From Vicinamibacteria bacterium (GTDB lineage: Bacteria; Acidobacteriota; Vicinamibacteria; Fen-336; JAGNNV01), in contig JBDSLN010000240.1 of the NCBI GenBank assembly GCA_039916365.1, positions 1-30,616 on the forward strand: a stretch of 30,616 nucleotides of DNA. The letters are read 5' to 3'. The position numbers and the translations under genes were made by a program. The notes under the pieces are model-generated. The model did no database searches and had not been told where the DNA came from. It saw nothing but the letters and a program-made list of their open reading frames with translations. Shown here piece after piece: positions 26,359 to 30,616 of the stretch (positions within the stretch are counted from its first letter, which is position 1; each line of letters opens with the position of its first letter).

Positions 26359-28898
26359 ACGGGACGAGCCTGCGCGGTCTCAGCGAGACGGATGCTCAGG
26401 CGCGTCTGCTGTCCGAGGGCTTCAACGAACTTCCGCAATCCGATCACCGAACGCCGTTCAGGATCATTGGCGAGGTTGTGCGGGAGCCCATGCTGGCCCT
26501 GCTCCTCGGCGCGGGCGCGGTGTACCTCGTCCTTGGAGACAGGACAGAAGCGCTGATCCTGCTCGCTTTCGCGACGCTGTCGGTCGGAATTACGGTCATC
26601 CAGGAGATCCGGACGGAGAAGGTCCTCTCCGCGCTCAAAGACCTCTCCAGTCCGCGGGCTCTGGTGATCCGTGATGGCGAGCGCAAGCGCATCGCGGGAC
26701 GCGAGGTCGTGCGTGGCGATTTCATCGCCCTCGTCGAAGGCGATCGTGTCCCCGCCGACGCGCGCCTCGTGGAGAGCCACGATCTCCAGACGGACGAATC
26801 GCTTTTGACCGGCGAGTCGGTGGCCGTGCGCAAGGTCGCGACCACGGCCGGTGAATCCATCTTCGCCGTTCGTCCTGGCGGCGATGATCTGCCGTTCGTA
26901 TTCTCGGGCTCGCTGGTCGTGCGCGGCCTGGGTGTCGCGGAAGTTTCCGAGGTCGGATCCGCAACCGAGATCGGCAGAATCGGTCAGAGCCTGAGCTCGC
27001 TCGTCAGTGAGACCCCGCGGCTTCAGACCGAGACCCGCGCCCTCGTCCGGATGTTCGGGGCAGTCGGAGGCACCGTCAGCCTTCTGGCGGTCGTGCTCTA
27101 CGGAACGATGCGCGGCGGCTGGCTCGACGCGGTGCTCGCGGGCATAGCGCTGGGCATGTCGATGCTGCCCGAGGAACTGCCCCTCGTCCTGACCGTTTTC
27201 ATGGCGATGGGCGCCTGGCGCATCTCTCAAGCACGCGTGCTCGCCAGACGCGCCACGGCCATAGAGACATTGGGATCCGCGACCGTTCTCTGTACCGACA
27301 AGACGGGAACGCTCACGCAGAACCGGATGATCATCGCCGAGCTCCGCCTTCCGGGCGGAGACGCTTTCAGACCCGCGAGCGACAAGGGCGCACCGTCCGC
27401 GGATTTTCAAACCGTGCTGGAGTTCGGCATATTGAGCAGCGCGCTGCATCCGACCGATCCCATGGAGCTTGCGTTTCAATCGCTTCAAAAGGAGCGCCTT
27501 CCGGAGGCCATTCTGCCGGGAGCGACGTCGACGTTGCTACGCGAATACGGACTTCGACCCGAACTACTCGCGATGACCCACGTCTGGAAGCCCGCGGCCG
27601 GAGCGGCCCTGACTGTCGCCGCCAAAGGCGCGCCGGAAGCCATCGCCCGCCTGTGTCGACTCGCTCCTGAAGCGCGGACGGCGCTCGATGCTGGGGTGAA
27701 CAACCTGGCCGGGCAGGGAATGCGCGTTCTCGCGGTGGCGCGCGGGTCCTTCGACGGATTGACCCTCCCGGAATCGCAGACCGACTTCGTCTTCTCGCTC
27801 GTCGGCCTCGTCGGACTGGCCGACCCGCTTCGCCCGGGCGTGCCCGACGCGGTCAATGCATGCCGCTCGGCGGGCGTACGAGTTGTGATGATCACGGGCG
27901 ACTACCCCACCACCGCTCAGGTGATCGCGCGCCAGGCGGGATTCTTCGCCGATGAAGTGCTCACGGGCGAGGCGATGGCGAAGATGAGCGATGAGGAACT
28001 GGCTCTGAAGGTCCGCACGGCCACGGTGTTCGCGCGTGTGCTGCCGGAGCAAAAACTGCGCATCGTCCGGGCGCTCAAGGCGAACCACGAGGTCGTCGCC
28101 ATGACCGGCGATGGAGTCAACGACGCGCCTTCATTGAAAGCGGCGCACATCGGCATCGCCATGGGCGGTCGCGGCACCGACGTGGCTCGCGAGGCTTCGT
28201 CGATGGTCCTTCTCGACGATGACTTCGGTTCGATCGTGAAGGCGATCCGTTTGGGTCGCAGGATCTTCGACAATCTTCAGAAGGCCATGGGATTCATCTT
28301 CGCGGTGCATGTTCCGATCGCGGGACTGGCGCTTCTCCCACTTCCCTTCGGCCTCCCCATCCTCTTCGGCCCGGTGCACATCGCCCTGCTGGAGATGGTC
28401 ATCGATCCCGTCTGCTCGCTCGTCTTCGAAGCAGAAACCGAAGAGAAGGACATCATGGGCCGCCCGCCCCGCGATCCGGCGACGCCGCTGTTCGGCCGTT
28501 CGATGATTCTGTGGAGCGTCGTTCAGGGCGCGGTTGCGTTCGCGATCGTGGCAGGGATCTTCGTCACGGCTCTCAACCGCGGTATGCCCGCGGATGAAGT
28601 GCGCGCTTTGACCTTCTTCGCGCTGGTTCTGAACATCGTGGCACTCATCTTCGCGAATCGATCTTTCAGCGGCTCGCTGATCATCGCCGTGACGCAACCA
28701 AACCAGGCGCTCGTCCGCGTGTTGCCTGCGGTGTTCCTGATGATGTCCCTGTCCCTTCTCTGGCCGCGGGCGAGGGTCCTCCTCCATTTTCAGACGCCGC
28801 GCGCCGGCCCGCTGGCGATCGCGCTGGCCTCGAGCATGCTCCTGCTCCTCCTTCTCGAGGCCGCGAAAACCGGATGGCAGAGACGAAGCCGCTCGTGA
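26355..28898 (+). CDS. Cation-translocating P-type ATPase (P2-like)
   Basis: [19 protein letters not shown] (phosphorylated Asp), [27 protein letters not shown]. The true start is GTG 26355, overlapping the xfp stop (GTGA). Confidence 0.95.
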   Translation: MNGTSLRGLSETDAQARLLSEGFNELPQSDHRTPFRIIGEVVREPMLALLLGAGAVYLVLGDRTEALILLAFATLSVGITVIQEIRTEKVLSALKDLSSPRALVIRDGERKRIAGREVVRGDFIALVEGDRVPADARLVESHDLQTDESLLTGESVAVRKVATTAGESIFAVRPGGDDLPFVFSGSLVVRGLGVAEVSEVGSATEIGRIGQSLSSLVSETPRLQTETRALVRMFGAVGGTVSLLAVVLYGTMRGGWLDAVLAGIALGMSMLPEELPLVLTVFMAMGAWRISQARVLARRATAIETLGSATVLCTDKTGTLTQNRMIIAELRLPGGDAFRPASDKGAPSADFQTVLEFGILSSALHPTDPMELAFQSLQKERLPEAILPGATSTLLREYGLRPELLAMTHVWKPAAGAALTVAAKGAPEAIARLCRLAPEARTALDAGVNNLAGQGMRVLAVARGSFDGLTLPESQTDFVFSLVGLVGLADPLRPGVPDAVNACRSAGVRVVMITGDYPTTAQVIARQAGFFADEVLTGEAMAKMSDEELALKVRTATVFARVLPEQKLRIVRALKANHEVVAMTGDGVNDAPSLKAAHIGIAMGGRGTDVAREASSMVLLDDDFGSIVKAIRLGRRIFDNLQKAMGFIFAVHVPIAGLALLPLPFGLPILFGPVHIALLEMVIDPVCSLVFEAETEEKDIMGRPPRDPATPLFGRSMILWSVVQGAVAFAIVAGIFVTALNRGMPADEVRALTFFALVLNIVALIFANRSFSGSLIIAVTQPNQALVRVLPAVFLMMSLSLLWPRARVLLHFQTPRAGPLAIALASSMLLLLLLEAAKTGWQRRSRS

Positions 28899-29090
28899 TG
28901 GAGGAAGGGGGCGCCAAACACGTTCTCGCACTGAACTCCGGCTCGTCGTCGCTGAAGTTCGGGCTCTACCGCGTGACGACGTAGCGATCGAATTCACTCG
29001 GCCGCGTCTCACTGCGCGGTCCAGGTCCTGCCTCCACAGGAAGACGAACAGATCGCGCTTCACCTCGCCGCTCCGACGCAGCCTCACTGA
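28898..29090 (+). pseudogene. ackA: Acetate kinase remnant: N- and C-termini joined by an out-of-frame deletion
   Basis: ATG 28898 (TGATG overlap with the ATPase) gives [28 protein letters not shown] (TAG 28982-28984), the AckA N-terminal motif. Another frame gives SDRIHSAASHCAVQVLPPQEDEQIALH...* (TGA 29088-29090), resembling the AckA C-terminus. Confidence 0.85.
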
Positions 29091-29110
29091 ATCCGGCACG
29101 TTCGGGAGAT

Positions 29111-29128
29111 GTTCGCCATCGAACAGAC
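29111..29128. repeat. 18-bp repeat GTTCGCCATCGAACAGAC, right copy
   Basis: 17/18 identical to 25865-25882. With the flanking T it forms the palindrome TGTTCG-CCAT-CGAACA (29110-29125). Confidence 0.88.
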
Positions 29129-29161
29129 CTGACGACGTGGGCGGCGCAAGCTGAAGATCGA

Positions 29162-29551
29162 ATGACTAAACAAGCAGGCGTTTGGATCGATCATCGTGAA
29201 GCGATTCTGATTTTCCTCGGCGACGAAGGCGAGCGCACGGAGCGTATGGAATCCGGAGTCGAGCGACATGAACGCGTCGCTGGTCTGTCGTCGGAGGATG
29301 CGTCTCCTGACGACCAGCATGACCGCAAGATCGCGGGGCACCTCGACAAGTACTACGACGAAGTGATCCAACGCCTGGGAGCAAGCGAATCGATCCTGCT
29401 CTTCGGTCCGGGTGAAGCGAAAGGCGAGTTCCAGAAGCGTATCGAGAGCAAGGGCCACGCGGAACGCATCGTCGCCGTGGAGACGGCGGACAAGATGACG
29501 GATCCGCAGATCGCCGCGAAGGTTCGCAACTACTTCGGCGCCAAGAAATGA
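29162..29551 (+). CDS. Small eRF1-domain-2-like / host-attachment-family protein
   Basis: GVWIDHREA and ILLFGPGEAKGEF...IVAVETADKMTDPQIAAKVRNYF match the pattern I recall for this family. Confidence 0.6.
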   Translation: MTKQAGVWIDHREAILIFLGDEGERTERMESGVERHERVAGLSSEDASPDDQHDRKIAGHLDKYYDEVIQRLGASESILLFGPGEAKGEFQKRIESKGHAERIVAVETADKMTDPQIAAKVRNYFGAKK

Positions 29552-30489
29552 GCACCGCCAGGATCGACCACATCCTCTGCCCGACAGACTTCTCTCCTTT
29601 CTCCGGTCAGGCGCTCCGACACGCGATCGCGCTGACGCAGTCGTTCCACGCGCACCTCAAGGTCATTCATGTCATCCCGGAAGTCTTCCTCCGGGGAGAA
29701 TCCGTTTACGCATCGGATTCGTGGATCCTGACGCCGGACGTTCGGCAGGCGGTTGAAGCAGAGATGCAGCGCTTTCTTCAGCCGGCGCGAGACGCCGGCA
29801 TTGATCACGAGACCGAAATCCGCAGCGGCACTCCCTGGACGGAGATCCTGGTCGCGGCGAAAGAGAAGCCCTCGGACCTAGTCGTTCTCGGAAGCCACGG
29901 ACATGGAGGTTTGCATCGTCTTGTTCTCGGATCCGTGGCCGAAAAGCTGATTCGTTCTCTCCCTTGCGCCGTCATGAGCGTGAGGCACGAAGGAGGGCCG
30001 ACGTCGCTGACACCAGGACGGATCGCTCACATCCTGTGTGCCACCGATTTCTCGGAGACTTCGAATCAAACCTTTGAGACGGCGATTGCCATCGCTTCAA
30101 GAAACGGGGCCAAGGTGACGTTGCTGCATGTGATCGAGCGATTCCCCGACGTCAAAGCCGTTGAGTACGGGGCGCTCGGCGCCGATCCATCAAATCCGGG
30201 ACTGGAGCGCCATGCGGTTGAGCGCCTTCAACAGCTCATCGCAAGCGTGGATGCCAGGGGCGTTGAGATAGAGCCGAAGGCAAAGGTCGGCCGGGCCTAC
30301 AAAGAGATACTCACGATGGCAGCAACCGAGCCAACCGACCTCATCATGATCGGCGCCCAGGGGCACGGCGTCATCGAACACCTGCTCTTCGGATCCAATG
30401 CACATCACGTCGTCCGGGCGGCCACCTGTCCGGTTCTGACTGTGCGGATGCGGTCGAAGGACGACGACGGCGCGCGGACCGAGGCCTAG
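29548..30489 (+). CDS. Tandem-domain universal stress protein
   Basis: Two USP domains: ILCPTDFS...DLVVLGSHGHGGLHRLVLGSVAEKLIR and ILCATDFS...DLIMIGAQGHGVIEHLLFGSNAHHVVR. ATGA overlap with the upstream gene. Confidence 0.95.
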   Translation: MSTARIDHILCPTDFSPFSGQALRHAIALTQSFHAHLKVIHVIPEVFLRGESVYASDSWILTPDVRQAVEAEMQRFLQPARDAGIDHETEIRSGTPWTEILVAAKEKPSDLVVLGSHGHGGLHRLVLGSVAEKLIRSLPCAVMSVRHEGGPTSLTPGRIAHILCATDFSETSNQTFETAIAIASRNGAKVTLLHVIERFPDVKAVEYGALGADPSNPGLERHAVERLQQLIASVDARGVEIEPKAKVGRAYKEILTMAATEPTDLIMIGAQGHGVIEHLLFGSNAHHVVRAATCPVLTVRMRSKDDDGARTEA

Positions 30490-30616
30490 ATTTGAGTCGG
30501 GATTCCGCGCTTTGATCCTGCTCGCCTCGGCCACGGCGATGATCGCGGTCGCTCTGCTCGTATTCTTTTACGGCCCGACGCGGGCTCGCGGCCGATCCAA
30601 CGACCTGCGCTCGCGG

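Noticed and set aside
29100-29114. GTTC-N7-GTTC, the LexA-box form described for Alphaproteobacteria and Acidobacterium
   Set aside because: An 8-bp pattern is expected about once per window by chance. It is absent at the sister 18-bp copy and the downstream genes are not SOS genes.
28974-29138. 9-bp direct repeat TGACGACGT (28974-28982 and 29130-29138) near the ackA junction
   Set aside because: Too short to separate from chance and does not explain the deletion geometry.
2-29630. At least seven GCGATCGC octamers (HIP1-like)
   Set aside because: Most lie in coding regions and fit Ala-Ile-Ala codon usage (GCG ATC GCN). A Markov-corrected genome-wide count would be needed to claim enrichment.
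2526-30489. Selenoprotein (UGA read-through) genes, sought because of selA
   Set aside because: I saw no in-frame TGA at a Cys-equivalent site; the pseudogene stops are TAA and TAG. A formal SECIS scan was not run.
30512-30616. Possible start of a membrane-anchored CDS (LILLASATAMIAVALLVFFYGP...) at the right edge
   Set aside because: Only 35 codons, with a weak TTG start and no recognisable motif. The next window is needed.

Overview
GC-rich bacterial chromosomal window. Gene content and protein style suggest Acidobacteriota, possibly Vicinamibacteria; this is an inference. Left to right: the 5' part of selA (missed by the ORF track); three different GT-C-type membrane glycosyltransferase-like genes around mscL and an SDR; an M61-like metallopeptidase; a secreted Thr-rich protein with three 94-aa repeats behind a sigma54-type promoter; GTP-dependent PEP carboxykinase; a thermolysin-like M4 protease coupled to a putative outer-membrane barrel; a partial leucine-catabolism set (split biotin carboxylase and BCCP, HMG-CoA lyase); a MarC / hypothetical / DUF2207-like unit; agmatine deiminase genes aguBA; DNA topoisomerase VI subunit B with no adjacent A subunit; an EamA transporter; and a decaying stress-type module (xfp remnant, intact P-type ATPase, ackA remnant, eRF1-like protein, tandem USP). 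Strongest leads: (1) the solitary Top6B has an N-terminal QPSLF clamp-binding-like motif and is bracketed by an exact 12-bp direct repeat; (2) xfp and ackA are gutted by large deletions while keeping their overlaps with the intact ATPase, and this module is bracketed by an 18-bp palindrome-containing repeat; (3) a triple GT-C cluster lies near a possible Thr-rich acceptor. No rRNA, tRNA, CRISPR array, transposase or integrase was recognised. All family assignments come from motif recognition, not database searches.
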